Shown here piece after piece: positions 49,920 through 60,023 of a DNA stretch of 64,000 nt; position 1 is the stretch's first letter, and every line of letters starts with the position of its first letter. A model generated the notes under the pieces. That model saw only the letters and a program-made list of their open reading frames with translations, had not been told where the DNA came from and made no database searches. The stretch covers positions 4,786 to 68,785 of the forward strand of contig CAYRSG010000001.1 in NCBI GenBank assembly GCA_964426905.1, in the 5' to 3' direction. The position numbers and the translations under genes were made by a program. The DNA comes from an uncultured Clostridium sp. (GTDB taxonomy: Bacteria; Bacillota; Clostridia; UBA1381).

Positions 49920-51230
49920 ATGCAGAAAATAGACGGCTCACAGCTCATAAGCGAAATTTCTCTCGAAGACCTCGAAAAAGCCGAAGGAAAATCGGTTACA
50001 TTTTGCGCTTGCGTACACAAGCTGCGAAAAATGAGCGGCTTTACATTCGTTATACTGCGTACGGGAAGATATATCCTGCAGTCGGTATATATGAAAAAAA
50101 GCTGCGAGGGTGATTTTGACGCTCTGTGCGAGGGCGCGTATGTAAAAATCACGGGAACCGTTAAAAAGGAGGAACGCGCCAATTACGGCTGCGAGATTAC
50201 GCTCTCGTCGTTTAGTATACTGTCAAAGCCGAAAGCGGACTATCCGCTGCATGTTTCCTCAAAAAAGCTCGGCTGCTCGATTGAGACGTCTATGGAACAC
50301 CGCAGCGTGGCTCTGCGCCATCCCGAACAGAGAGCCGTATTTAAAATCGCCGAGGGCGTTGTTTCGGGCTTCCGCGAGTTTATGCTTAAAAACGATTTCA
50401 CCGAAATTCACACGCCCAAAATCGTCGCCGCAGGCGCTGAAGGCGGAGCGAATATTTTTAAGCTGAAATATTTCGGTCAGGACGCTTATCTCGCGCAAAG
50501 TCCGCAGTTTTATAAGCAGACGTGCGTCGCGTTCTTTGACAGAGTTTTTGAGATTGCGCCCGTTTACAGAGCGGAGAAACACAACTCAACCCGCCATCTG
50601 AACGAATATATCGGGCTGGACTTTGAAATGGGATTTATAAACGATATGCACGACGTAATGGCGATGGAAACGGCAATGCTGAAATATGTCATGAACTACC
50701 TCAGAGAAAACTACGCCCACGAGCTTGCAATGCTTGAGGCGAAGCTTCCCGTAATAGACGCTATTCCGTCCGCGACGTTTTTCGAGGCGCTCGATATTCT
50801 GGGCAAATCGCACAACCAGTTCGATCTTGACCCGACCGACGAGGTAAAATTATGCGAATACGCCAAGGAACATTATAACAGCGAGTTCATATTTGTGGAA
50901 AAATTTCCGGGGCTGAAACGTCCTTTCTACGCGATGGACTCAAAGGACGACCCAAAACTCGCCGAAAGCTTCGATCTTCTGTTCCGCGGTCTCGAGATTA
51001 CGACCGGCGGTCAGAGAATACACGATTATGACGAGCAGATTGAAAAGCTCAGACGATATCATATAGACCCGGAAGCTCTCGGCGCGTATACCGAGATACA
51101 CAAATACGGCATGCCTCCGCACGGAGGTCTCGGAATTGGTCTTGAACGCGTCGTTATGAAGCTTCTCGGTCTTTCCAACATACGCGAGGCAAGTCTCTTC
51201 CCGAGAGATATTCACCACCTTGACCCGTGA
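49920..51230 (+). CDS. aspS: Short archaeal-type, probably non-discriminating, aspartyl-tRNA synthetase
   Basis: AEGGANIF, YLAQSPQFYKQ, YRAEKHNSTRHLNE, EITTGGQRIH, GMPPHGG, FPRD; no bacterial insertion domain; in the gatCAB operon. Start placed at ATG 49920. Confidence 0.92.
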   Translation: MQKIDGSQLISEISLEDLEKAEGKSVTFCACVHKLRKMSGFTFVILRTGRYILQSVYMKKSCEGDFDALCEGAYVKITGTVKKEERANYGCEITLSSFSILSKPKADYPLHVSSKKLGCSIETSMEHRSVALRHPEQRAVFKIAEGVVSGFREFMLKNDFTEIHTPKIVAAGAEGGANIFKLKYFGQDAYLAQSPQFYKQTCVAFFDRVFEIAPVYRAEKHNSTRHLNEYIGLDFEMGFINDMHDVMAMETAMLKYVMNYLRENYAHELAMLEAKLPVIDAIPSATFFEALDILGKSHNQFDLDPTDEVKLCEYAKEHYNSEFIFVEKFPGLKRPFYAMDSKDDPKLAESFDLLFRGLEITTGGQRIHDYDEQIEKLRRYHIDPEALGAYTEIHKYGMPPHGGLGIGLERVVMKLLGLSNIREASLFPRDIHHLDP

Positions 51231-51289
51231 TTGACTATTTTGCATAATTTAATAAGAAGAATACGACAGTAAATTTTGCAACTTGCATA

Positions 51290-51410
51290 TTGACAAAACG
51301 CCGAATAGTGGTATAATAACTATATATTGATTTTAAATAAACAACTCAACAGCTGATTTTTGAATAAGACAAAGGTGTTTTATATTATAAAATATAATTC
51401 GCCTTTTTTT
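51290..51410 (+). promoter_or_regulatory. glnA promoter and leader attenuator (ANTAR-like hairpin overlapping a terminator)
   Basis: TTGACA-N16-TATAAT with TGn; hairpin ATAAGAC-AAAGGT-GTTTTAT (51364-51383) overlapping the terminator AAAGGTG..TTATATT / AATATAA..CGCCTTTTTTT. Confidence 0.62.
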
Positions 51411-51463
51411 CATAAACAGCTGAAACTTAGCACAGTCTAACAAATTTTTAGGAGGTATTAAAA

Positions 51464-53539
51464 ATGAGTAATGTTGCGGAAATTTTCGGCAGTAAGGTGT
51501 TTAACCTGCCCACAATGAAGGAGCGTCTTCCGAAGGAGATTTACAAATCGCTCGTAAAGACAATCAATGACGGTACGAAGCTTGATATTAACGTCGCGAA
51601 CGCCGTCGCTCACGCAATGAAGGAATGGGCAATCGAAAACGGCTGCACTCACTATACGCATTGGTTCCAGCCTATGACGGGTCTGACCGCGGAAAAGCAC
51701 GATTCGTTTATTCAGCCTACGGATGACAGAACGGTTATCATGGAATTTTCGGGCAAGGAGCTTGTTATGGGCGAACCGGACGCGTCCTCGTTCCCCTCGG
51801 GCGGTCTGAGAGCCACCTTTGAAGCGAGAGGCTATACGGCATGGGATCCTACATCATTCGCTTTTATAAAAGACCATTCGCTATATATCCCCACCTCCTT
51901 TGTCTCATATACCGGCGAGGTGCTCGATAAGAAAACGCCGCTGCTTCGCTCCGAGGCGGCGATTGACAAGGCGGCGAAAAGAGTTCTCGCTCTATTCGGA
52001 AAATATCCTAAGAGAGTTGTCGCGTACGTTGGTCCCGAGCAGGAATATTTCCTTGTTGACAAGCGGCTTCGCAACAAGCGTAAGGACCTTCTTCTGACAG
52101 GCAGAACGCTGTTCGGCGCAAAACCCGCGAAGGGTCAGGAAATGGACGACCACTATTTCGGACAGATTAAGGAAAGAGTCGCCGACTTTATGAAGGAGGT
52201 TGACGAGGAGCTTTGGAAGCTCGGCGTATTTGCTAAAACAAAGCACAACGAGGTGGCTCCGGCTCAGCACGAGATAGCGCCTGTTTTCTCGACAACCAAT
52301 ATTTCCTCCGACCATAACCAGCTCACTATGGAGGTACTGAAAAAGGTAGCCGACCATCACGGTCTCTACTGCCTGCTTCACGAAAAGCCGTACGAGGGCA
52401 TCAACGGCTCTGGCAAGCACAATAACTGGTCTATCGGCACGTCGGACGGCGAGCTTCTCTTAAAGCCGGGCAAAAAACCCGAGCAAAACGTTCAGTTCCT
52501 GCTGTTTTTGGCCGCTGTTATCAAGGCTGTCGACGATTACGCCGATATTTTGAGAGTTTCCGTCGCGACAGCCGGCAACGACCATAGACTCGGCGCTAAC
52601 GAAGCGCCTCCGGCTATTATCTCCATGTACTTAGGCGACCAGCTCGCCGCTGTAGTTGAACAGCTCAAGAGCGGTCACGGAGTTAAATACGAGGAAGGCA
52701 AGATTATCGAAACGGGCGTTGAGTCGCTCCCCGATATAGAAAAAGACACCACCGACAGAAACAGAACTTCTCCGTTCGCGTTCACCGGAAACCGTTTTGA
52801 GTTCCGCGCGCCCGGATCAAGACAGTCTATCGCGGGTATCAACATCGTTATTAACACTATCGTAGCGGAAACGCTGACGGAAATTGCCGAGAAACTCGAG
52901 GGTCAGCAGAATATTTCAAAGGCGGCTCTTGAAACGGCTATTCAGATTTTCAAGGATCATGACAGAATCATCTTCAACGGCAACGGCTACAGCGACGAAT
53001 GGGTTGCAGAGGCTGAAAAGAGAGGTCTGTACAATCTTAAAACAACTCCGGACGCTATGCCGTACTTCGTTACTCAAAAATCGATCGACCTTTTCACAAA
53101 GCAGGGCGTATTTACCGAGGTTGAGGTTAAGACGCGAGGCGAAATCATGATGGAGGACTATAACAACACAATCCATTTCGAGATGCTGACAATGCTCGAA
53201 ATGGCTAAGCAGGAAATCCTTCCGGCTTGTCTCAAGTATACAAAATTTGTCACGGACGATATTTCCTCGAAGAAGGCTCTCGGTCTCGACGCTCCCAAGG
53301 AGCTTGAAAAGGCGAAAAAGCTCACCTCACTTACGGAGGAGCTTATGGCAAAAATCGACGCGCTCGACGACGCCACCGCTGTTCCGTCTCTCGACGCTTA
53401 CGCTGTGGGTATGTACTATAAAGATACCGTCATTCCCGCGATGGATACGCTGCGCGAAACCGCGGATGAGCTTGAAACCATAGTTTCAAAGGAATTTTGG
53501 CCGTTTCCGACATATACGGATTTGCTCTATCTTATATAA
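51464..53539 (+). CDS. glnA: Glutamine synthetase type III
   Basis: [80 protein letters not shown]. Confidence 0.97.
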   Translation: MSNVAEIFGSKVFNLPTMKERLPKEIYKSLVKTINDGTKLDINVANAVAHAMKEWAIENGCTHYTHWFQPMTGLTAEKHDSFIQPTDDRTVIMEFSGKELVMGEPDASSFPSGGLRATFEARGYTAWDPTSFAFIKDHSLYIPTSFVSYTGEVLDKKTPLLRSEAAIDKAAKRVLALFGKYPKRVVAYVGPEQEYFLVDKRLRNKRKDLLLTGRTLFGAKPAKGQEMDDHYFGQIKERVADFMKEVDEELWKLGVFAKTKHNEVAPAQHEIAPVFSTTNISSDHNQLTMEVLKKVADHHGLYCLLHEKPYEGINGSGKHNNWSIGTSDGELLLKPGKKPEQNVQFLLFLAAVIKAVDDYADILRVSVATAGNDHRLGANEAPPAIISMYLGDQLAAVVEQLKSGHGVKYEEGKIIETGVESLPDIEKDTTDRNRTSPFAFTGNRFEFRAPGSRQSIAGINIVINTIVAETLTEIAEKLEGQQNISKAALETAIQIFKDHDRIIFNGNGYSDEWVAEAEKRGLYNLKTTPDAMPYFVTQKSIDLFTKQGVFTEVEVKTRGEIMMEDYNNTIHFEMLTMLEMAKQEILPACLKYTKFVTDDISSKKALGLDAPKELEKAKKLTSLTEELMAKIDALDDATAVPSLDAYAVGMYYKDTVIPAMDTLRETADELETIVSKEFWPFPTYTDLLYLI

Positions 53540-53563
53540 CAGAAACAACTGAATGAAAATTTT

Positions 53564-53593
53564 AAAAACGAGGGTTTTAACCCCTCGTTTTTT
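53564..53593 (+). terminator. Terminator after glnA
   Basis: AAAAACGAGGG-ttttaac-CCCTCGTTTTTT. Confidence 0.8.
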
Positions 53594-53716
53594 GTTATCG
53601 ATAAATCGTCTAAAGAACCGCCGGATACCGAAAAATATTGTATAATTTATCCATAGACAAAAAAACAGAACTGTGGTATATTTATCTATAATATCATTAT
53701 TAAGAGGTTTCATCTA

Positions 53717-56026
53717 ATGTTAAAGCTAACAAAATCCGACAAAAGTATTCATTATACAATAATTCTTGTAATTATGCTTGCAATCTGCTTCGCGGCGGCG
53801 TTCGTCGGGGTAAATAAAATCGCCGAGATTTCCTGCGCGGAAACGCTTGGCGATATTGCCGACAATATGGCGTTAAAAGCGGAAAACAGTCTGCAAAGCA
53901 ACATTGAAGAATTGGAGATAATAGCGGATCTTATATCCTCTCATCATACGACCGACGCGGCGGACATTGCTTCGCACCTTAATTCATTCAAGCGCCGAAG
54001 TCAGACGTCTTCGCTTGCGGCGCTTCTTCCCGGTGATGAAATCATATATCCCGACTATCCTGAATTTGTTTTCGACAGCATACCTAATTTTGAAAGTGAA
54101 AAAGAACGCGCGCCGTATATTTCCGCGCGCAGCGGAGAAGAAAATAAATATATTTATTTCGCTGAGCCGTTATTTTTGACCGAAAGCGATGATATCGGCG
54201 GAATTTTGTACGGATTTCTCGATCTTAACGCTTTATCGTCATTGTTTCCCACTTCGGCTTACAACGGGCAGTGTCAGGAATATATAATCGACGGCGCCAA
54301 CGGCGATTTCATTATGGACACATGGCATGAGGAGCTTGGAAATGTGAACGATCTTGGCGAAAGGAAAACTAAGCCGGGTTACGGCGCGGATAACGATTTG
54401 ATCAAAGTAAGCGAAGATATGGCGAACGGCGTAGGCGGATATGTGATATTCCGCTCAGAAACCAGCGGCGATTTTTTTCATTCCGCTTATCGTCCGGTAG
54501 GCGACGGGAGATTTTCGGTAATGGTAATGGCGCCCGAGAGCGTTGTTTTTGCCAAAGCAGATAAAATAAAGCATATTTTTCTTGCTTTCGCCGCGGCGGA
54601 TATCGCGGTTTTATCTGTATACTTCTTTACGCTTCTGGCGGGAGTGCGCAAGCGCGAACGCAAAAACGATATGCAGCTGGCGAAAACCGTTTATATGTAC
54701 GATATTCAGAAAACGCTTTTTGAGGCTTACAAGGACCCGAAGCTTATGGTAAAGGCGTTAAAAAAGACCGCTGAAGCGGTGAGTGCGGAGGGAGCGATAC
54801 TGGCGTCGTATAATTCCTCTTCGGCGAGCGACGTATTCGTATGGCGTTCCGAAAAGTCAAAGCTGAGCGATATTATTCCCCCTGAAAAATTCGTCTTAAA
54901 AAAGGAAATAATAGAAAAATTGAAGCGCGGCGAAACCGTAACTCTGGATGATGGAAGCGTTAACGACGATAAAACCGCCGAAATAATTAATACGCTGCTT
55001 ACTCCGGTACTGGATAATAACGAAGAACTTGTCGGAATACTGGGAGTAGCGAATCTGAGGTATGAACATGAAGAAAACGTCGAGCTGCTTAAGGCCGTAT
55101 CGAGAGACTTTATGATGGCTCTGCGCGATATGGAATCCCACAATCTTATAGTTAGGATGGGTACGATAGACCCTGTAACGCGGCTTAAAAACCGCGCGGC
55201 TTATCAGGAAGCCCTCAAGAGGCTCGCGTTGATAAGCAAGGGAATGATCTGCTGCGTTTACATCGACGCAAACGGTCTGCATAACCTCAACAACAGCCTG
55301 GGACACGCGGCCGGCGACGCTATGCTAAGATACGTCGCGGCAAAGCTGAAAGCCGCTTTCGGGGAAGATACATTCAGGATAGGCGGCGACGAGTTTACAG
55401 CCTTCCTCTTCGATACGCCGTCCGAAAAAATTGACGACGTCATACGCGCGCTTACGGAGAATATAGAGCGTAGCGGCTACAGCGTTTCAATAGGATATTC
55501 GCTTATGGAAGCGCCGGTACGTACGGACAGACTGGTAAGAACCGCGGAGCAGGAGATGTACGCTGCAAAGCGCCGTTATTACAGCGAGAGGAAGAACGTC
55601 GAAAAAACCCGTGAGATGAACAAAAAGCTCGAAAAAATTCTTTTGGATAAGAAGGACTCCGACAACTTTTTAAAGATTATTGCGTCGTATTTCCTGGGCG
55701 TTTACGTTGTAAATCTTGCAACGGACAACACGCGTACCATCTACATACCGGATTATTTTGAAAAAATGCTTAGGCGTTCCGATTTCAAATTCAGCAAAGC
55801 GCTGCGCCTTTATGCCGACGAATATGTAGTAGCCGAGGATAGCGAGAAATTCCTGAAGCTTTTCGACTATTCGGCGATAGAACGCACGCTTGCCGGCGGA
55901 ACCGCCGAAATAGCGTACAGCAAACCGAACGGCGATACCATAAACGTAAAAATATTCAAAGCCGAGGATTATTCCTCCGAAAAAAAAGAAACCTTCTGGT
56001 TGTTTGAACTGCACAATAACGGCTGA
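53717..56026 (+). CDS. Membrane sensor diguanylate cyclase (Cache-like, GAF-like, GGDEF, C-terminal extension)
   Basis: Two TM helices around an extracellular domain; DPVTRLKNR, IDANGL..NNSLGHAAGD, RIGGDEF and AEQEMY. Confidence 0.88.
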   Translation: MLKLTKSDKSIHYTIILVIMLAICFAAAFVGVNKIAEISCAETLGDIADNMALKAENSLQSNIEELEIIADLISSHHTTDAADIASHLNSFKRRSQTSSLAALLPGDEIIYPDYPEFVFDSIPNFESEKERAPYISARSGEENKYIYFAEPLFLTESDDIGGILYGFLDLNALSSLFPTSAYNGQCQEYIIDGANGDFIMDTWHEELGNVNDLGERKTKPGYGADNDLIKVSEDMANGVGGYVIFRSETSGDFFHSAYRPVGDGRFSVMVMAPESVVFAKADKIKHIFLAFAAADIAVLSVYFFTLLAGVRKRERKNDMQLAKTVYMYDIQKTLFEAYKDPKLMVKALKKTAEAVSAEGAILASYNSSSASDVFVWRSEKSKLSDIIPPEKFVLKKEIIEKLKRGETVTLDDGSVNDDKTAEIINTLLTPVLDNNEELVGILGVANLRYEHEENVELLKAVSRDFMMALRDMESHNLIVRMGTIDPVTRLKNRAAYQEALKRLALISKGMICCVYIDANGLHNLNNSLGHAAGDAMLRYVAAKLKAAFGEDTFRIGGDEFTAFLFDTPSEKIDDVIRALTENIERSGYSVSIGYSLMEAPVRTDRLVRTAEQEMYAAKRRYYSERKNVEKTREMNKKLEKILLDKKDSDNFLKIIASYFLGVYVVNLATDNTRTIYIPDYFEKMLRRSDFKFSKALRLYADEYVVAEDSEKFLKLFDYSAIERTLAGGTAEIAYSKPNGDTINVKIFKAEDYSSEKKETFWLFELHNNG

Positions 56027-56239
56027 AAAACGCCGCCGGATATTGAGTTCTAACAATTTGATAATTTTATTGAGGTTAAGTCAATAGACAATCAAATAGG
56101 CGCGCGCTATAATTGATTTATAGGATGGCGTCAAAACGGAAAGCGGGTTTACGGTTGAAAAATTGATAACGATACTTTGTGAACGCGGTCATTTTACGAC
56201 AGGGAGCGATTTGTATGTCGCGAATTTTTTAAAAATATC

Positions 56240-56268
56240 TTGACATTTCGCTTTTTATATGCTACAAT
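56240..56268 (+). promoter_or_regulatory. Sigma-A promoter of tRNA-Gly
   Basis: TTGACA-N17-TACAAT with TGn extension. Confidence 0.8.
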
Positions 56269-56287
56269 ATCAAGGTAAGTAAGAAAC

Positions 56288-56362
56288 GCGGGAGTGGCTC
56301 AGTGGTAGAGCGTCACCTTGCCAAGGTGAACGTCGCGAGTTCGAATCTCGTCTTCCGCTCCA
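56288..56362 (+). tRNA. tRNA-Gly(GCC)
   Basis: GCGGGAGTGGCTCAGTGGTAGAGCGTCACCTTGCCAAGGTGAACGTCGCGAGTTCGAATCTCGTCTTCCGCTCCA: anticodon arm TCACC-TTGCCAA-GGTGA, U73 discriminator and CCA. Confidence 0.97.
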
Positions 56363-56364
56363 TT

Positions 56365-56396
56365 AAAAAAGGCGTTGCGTAAGCATCGCCTTTTTT
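56365..56396. terminator. Bidirectional terminator (tRNA-Gly / dut)
   Basis: AAAAAAGGCGTTGC-gtaa-GCATCGCCTTTTTT. Confidence 0.85.
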
Positions 56397-56438
56397 AATT
56401 TGGTTAAACTCAAAAACCGGCGTTTCGCCCGATTTTCT

Positions 56439-56945
56439 CTATTTCCCCGTGCTTCCGAAGCCGCCGTTGCGCTCGTCGCTTGCGTCATCGTCGAACGTTA
56501 TTCCGTATTCCACGAATATTCCCTGACAAAAACCCGAGCCTTTATTCAGCGATACGGTTTTATCCTCGTTCGTGTCGTTAGTTATTTTACAGAATATATG
56601 TCCCTCATTGTCGCTGTTGTAATAATCGCTGTCGATTATGCCGACAGTGTTGTTTAGCTGAAGCCTGAACTTAAAGCCGAGACCGCTTCTCGGGTAAATT
56701 TTCAGAACCCACCCGTCGTTTATCTTTACTCTTATTCCCGTCGGAATTTTCACTGTTTCGCCGGATTTAAGCTCAAACGTCGCGGGCGAATAAAAATCAT
56801 AACCCGCCGAACCGGATGTAGCGCGCTTCGGAAGTTTTATATCGTTATAAATTTCCTCAATCCCGTCCGTCACATAGAACGTATCGGCCCAGTCCTGTTT
56901 AAACCGTTCAAAGCTTACCTTTTCAAATTGCGCGATTCTTTGCAT
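56439..56945 (-). CDS. dut: Trimeric dUTPase
   Basis: SAGYDF, PRSGLG, VGIIDSDY, CQGIF and RNGGFGSTG motifs I-V. Confidence 0.95.
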   Translation of the reverse strand: MQRIAQFEKVSFERFKQDWADTFYVTDGIEEIYNDIKLPKRATSGSAGYDFYSPATFELKSGETVKIPTGIRVKINDGWVLKIYPRSGLGFKFRLQLNNTVGIIDSDYYNSDNEGHIFCKITNDTNEDKTVSLNKGSGFCQGIFVEYGITFDDDASDERNGGFGSTGK

Positions 56946-56978
56946 ATTACTCCTCCATTCTGCCGTTTATTTTTCACG

Positions 56979-57470
56979 TTATTTCATTACAAGCACTATC
57001 TTCCCCAATTCCAAGCTCTTTTTTACGTCTATTACCTTCTGATTCGAGCTGCCGCGCCACGGAATTCTGTTATCCTTTAACTTCTCAACAAATTCTCCGT
57101 CAACAAAAACGTCAACCTTCTCCATAAAAGGGAGATCCTTTACGTCCTGCCACTCATATCCGCTGTACATCCATATAGTCTTATCCGGAAATTTTTCAGC
57201 TATTTCCTCAATAAGCTCTCCGACTTCTTTTCTGTTCATCGTATGCAGCGGGTCGCCGCCGCTCAGAGTTATTCCGGAAATATAGTCCCTTTCAAGTTCG
57301 TCAAACACCTCGCGCTTCGCAGCGTCGTCAAATTCAATACCTCCGTTTATATCCCATGTTATCGGATTTTGGCAGTTTGGGCAGCGATGCTCGCATCCCG
57401 CAACCCACAACACCACGCGCAGACCGTCGCCGTTGAGCATATCGTCCTTTGTTATGTTGTGATAACGCAT
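56979..57470 (-). CDS. nrdG: Anaerobic ribonucleotide reductase activase
   Basis: NGDGLRVVLWVAGCEHRCPNCQN, SGGDP, VDGEF and RGSSNQ. Confidence 0.96.
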   Translation of the reverse strand: MRYHNITKDDMLNGDGLRVVLWVAGCEHRCPNCQNPITWDINGGIEFDDAAKREVFDELERDYISGITLSGGDPLHTMNRKEVGELIEEIAEKFPDKTIWMYSGYEWQDVKDLPFMEKVDVFVDGEFVEKLKDNRIPWRGSSNQKVIDVKKSLELGKIVLVMK

Positions 57471-59587
57471 TACATACTTTTCCTTTCAGCTATTTCCGCC
57501 ATTTTGGCGCTGTTAAGTCTCGTATCGCCCTTGACGCGCGAATACGACAGATATCCGTTCATACGCTCAATTTTCGTAAGGTTTTTGCTTCCGCATTTCG
57601 GACATATATCCATGTCGAGCTCCTCGTATCCGCAGTCGTCGCAGTACGCCAAAGACAAATTCACGCCCTCGTAAAAGCCCATATCCATAGCGCGTCTCAC
57701 AAGCGTTTTTATCGCTTCTTTGTTATAGCTTATCGGGTATTTTACGTATTGAATTTTTCCGCCGTTGGAAAGCTCCCAGAAACGTTTTTCAAAGTTCTGT
57801 TTTTGAATCGGCGTTATATCCTCCGTTACATGGCAATGAAAGCTGTTTGACACATATTCCCTGTCCGACACGTTTTCAATCACTCCGTATTTCTTTCTGA
57901 ACTGCTCCACCTGCAAGCCGCAAAGCGACTCCGCCGGGGTGCCGTAAATCGCGTAAAGCTTTCCGTCTTCCTCCTTAAATTTGTTCACCATTTCGTTTAT
58001 ATGCTCAAGCGTTTTAAGCGCAAATTCGCCGTCCTCGACAAGCGATTTCTTATTGTAGAGCTGCTGAAGCTCATTAAACGCCGTTATTCCGAAGGAAGCC
58101 GTAGCCGATTTTAAAAGCGGCTTAATTTTATCATGTATGCCAAGACGTCCTCCGTAGAAACCGCCTTCGCAGTATGCGAGAGGATTTGTAGACGCGCGCA
58201 TTTCGCCAAGATAATCGTATGTTCGAAGATGCAACTGTCTTATAAGCTGCAGATAATAATCAAGAACCTCAAAAAAGTCCTTTCCCTCCTGGCGAGACTT
58301 CGCAAGTATCATCGGCAGATGAAGCGAAACCGCGCCTATATTGAAGCGTCCGACAAAAATCGGAGTATCGTTTTCGTCAGCCGGCTTTATACCGCCTCTT
58401 TCATACCACGGAGACAGAAACGCGCGGCATCCCATAGGCGATATAATCTTTCCGTACTTTTTATACATCGACGGTACATATCCCTCGCCCGTAAGGCTGA
58501 GCCAGTCGGGGTACATCGTCTTGGACGAGCATTCGATTCCCGCTTCAAATACATCCTCGAGTATCTTGCCTTCGCCGTGAAGATTTTCATCGTACAGAAA
58601 TACAATTTTCGGGAAAAGCACCGGCTTTTTATGTCCCTTTTTCCCCTGACCGTTCTTTCTTACGTTAAGCATGGTTATCGACGCCATTTTAGCGAAACGT
58701 CCCGTTCCCGTGCCTACCGTCACCGTTATAAACGGATAGTCGCCGCGGCTGGAGGAAACGGAATTAAATTTATACTCCCAACCCTGGAAACCCTGTTCAA
58801 AATCACGCTGAATGTCCCGCATCGCCACTTCCTCCGCCCTCTCGCGGGAAAGCCCTAAATCCGTGTACTTCTCAATATATTTTTTATACGATTTTTCCGC
58901 GTAAGGCTCGAGAATAAGGTCGGCGGAGGGTACTGTAAAACCGCCGTACTGCTGACTTGCGGCGGAAAGCACTATGTCGCCTATAACGTCAAAGGCAACG
59001 TCGAGCGTTTTCGGCTCGTTATACCACAAATTTCCCATTTCAAAGCCGCCCTTTAAAACATTTTCCACGTCGAAAAGACAGCAGTTCATCGTATCGCGTC
59101 TCGCGGACATATCGTGTATGTATATATATCCGTCGCGGCACGCCTGAAGCTCCTCCGTCGTAAGGAAAAACTTTTTATAAAGCTCCTTGTTGAGCTGGTT
59201 GAAGATAAGGCTTCTCTTTGTGGAAACAAGGGCGCTGTCGGTATTGGAATTTTCCTTGTCGCCTATGTACATTATAGACTGGCTCTTTTTGTAAACCTCG
59301 TCGAGCATCTGAACGAAATCCTGTTTGTAATTTCTGTAATCGCGGTAGCTTTTTGCAACCTTCGGATTAACTCTCTCAAGCGCGCCCTCTACAATATTGT
59401 GCATTTCGGCAATCTGAATTTCCTCCTTGCCCATTTTCTTCGCTTCTTCTTCGACGAATTTACAGATAAAGTCAATCTCCTCATCCGTAAATTTCACAAG
59501 CGCGCGGAACGCGGATTTATTTACCGCCACAACCACCTTTTGCACATTAAACGGTTCTTTTGTGTTATCTTTCTTAACTACTTTCAT
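57470..59587 (-). CDS. nrdD: Class III anaerobic ribonucleoside-triphosphate reductase
   Basis: N-terminal ATP cone, YIHD, NCCL, MGCR, CxxC/CxxC zinc site and glycyl-radical loop RMNGYL. Confidence 0.96.
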   Translation of the reverse strand: MKVVKKDNTKEPFNVQKVVVAVNKSAFRALVKFTDEEIDFICKFVEEEAKKMGKEEIQIAEMHNIVEGALERVNPKVAKSYRDYRNYKQDFVQMLDEVYKKSQSIMYIGDKENSNTDSALVSTKRSLIFNQLNKELYKKFFLTTEELQACRDGYIYIHDMSARRDTMNCCLFDVENVLKGGFEMGNLWYNEPKTLDVAFDVIGDIVLSAASQQYGGFTVPSADLILEPYAEKSYKKYIEKYTDLGLSRERAEEVAMRDIQRDFEQGFQGWEYKFNSVSSSRGDYPFITVTVGTGTGRFAKMASITMLNVRKNGQGKKGHKKPVLFPKIVFLYDENLHGEGKILEDVFEAGIECSSKTMYPDWLSLTGEGYVPSMYKKYGKIISPMGCRAFLSPWYERGGIKPADENDTPIFVGRFNIGAVSLHLPMILAKSRQEGKDFFEVLDYYLQLIRQLHLRTYDYLGEMRASTNPLAYCEGGFYGGRLGIHDKIKPLLKSATASFGITAFNELQQLYNKKSLVEDGEFALKTLEHINEMVNKFKEEDGKLYAIYGTPAESLCGLQVEQFRKKYGVIENVSDREYVSNSFHCHVTEDITPIQKQNFEKRFWELSNGGKIQYVKYPISYNKEAIKTLVRRAMDMGFYEGVNLSLAYCDDCGYEELDMDICPKCGSKNLTKIERMNGYLSYSRVKGDTRLNSAKMAEIAERKSM

Positions 59588-59631
59588 CTAAAATTCCCCT
59601 TTTATAATAATATATACCCTCCGAAATATAA

Positions 59632-59694
59632 CCACAATATCTTGTGGTTATATAACTGTTTTTTTATTATAGCGCCCCATATCTGTTTTTTCAA
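59632..59694 (-). promoter_or_regulatory. nrdD promoter with NrdR boxes
   Basis: TTGAAA-N17-TATAAT (59694-59666); strong box CCACAATATCTTGTGG (59632-59647) downstream of the predicted start site; weaker box (59674-59689) in the spacer, 42 bp away. Confidence 0.8.
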
Positions 59695-60023
59695 TAACAG
59701 ACTTATTATCAATTTTTTACAACAATGTTACATCGCTTTCTCCCTCGCCGCTTCGGTAATATTTGCCCGTCAAAACAAAAATTACATGGCTAACAAAATC
59801 CGTTTTGAAGATACTATTACTGTAAAATTCGGAGACAAAACGCGAAAGTTCTCTTCACGTCGGTCTCCGACCGGATTAAATTTGCTCGCGCGATATTTTG
59901 CGCGCCGGCGTCTCGCAAAACGCACATGCGCAATAATAATCTCTTGTCATTCCTTTCCCTGCGGCGAGAGATTGAATTTAATTCCCAATAGCGCCGGCGC
60001 GGGGCGGCGGAATGGAGATTATT

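Noticed and set aside
56085-56167. Second promoter-like element TAGACA-N17-TATAAT and a 13-codon ORF upstream of tRNA-Gly
   Set aside because: Most simply a tandem tRNA promoter; the mini-ORF has no properly spaced RBS and no RNA family is recognisable.
3691-56362. Integrative element or prophage at either tRNA, or mobility genes for the accessory block
   Set aside because: No integrase, transposase, relaxase or duplicated tRNA 3' end seen; both tRNAs are followed by terminators and core genes.
59876-59950. Minus-strand 24-aa peptide MTRDYYCACAFCETPARKISREQI after a purine-rich stretch
   Set aside because: The purine run is the complement of the hairpin arm and no supporting promoter is evident; cannot be supported without Ribo-seq.
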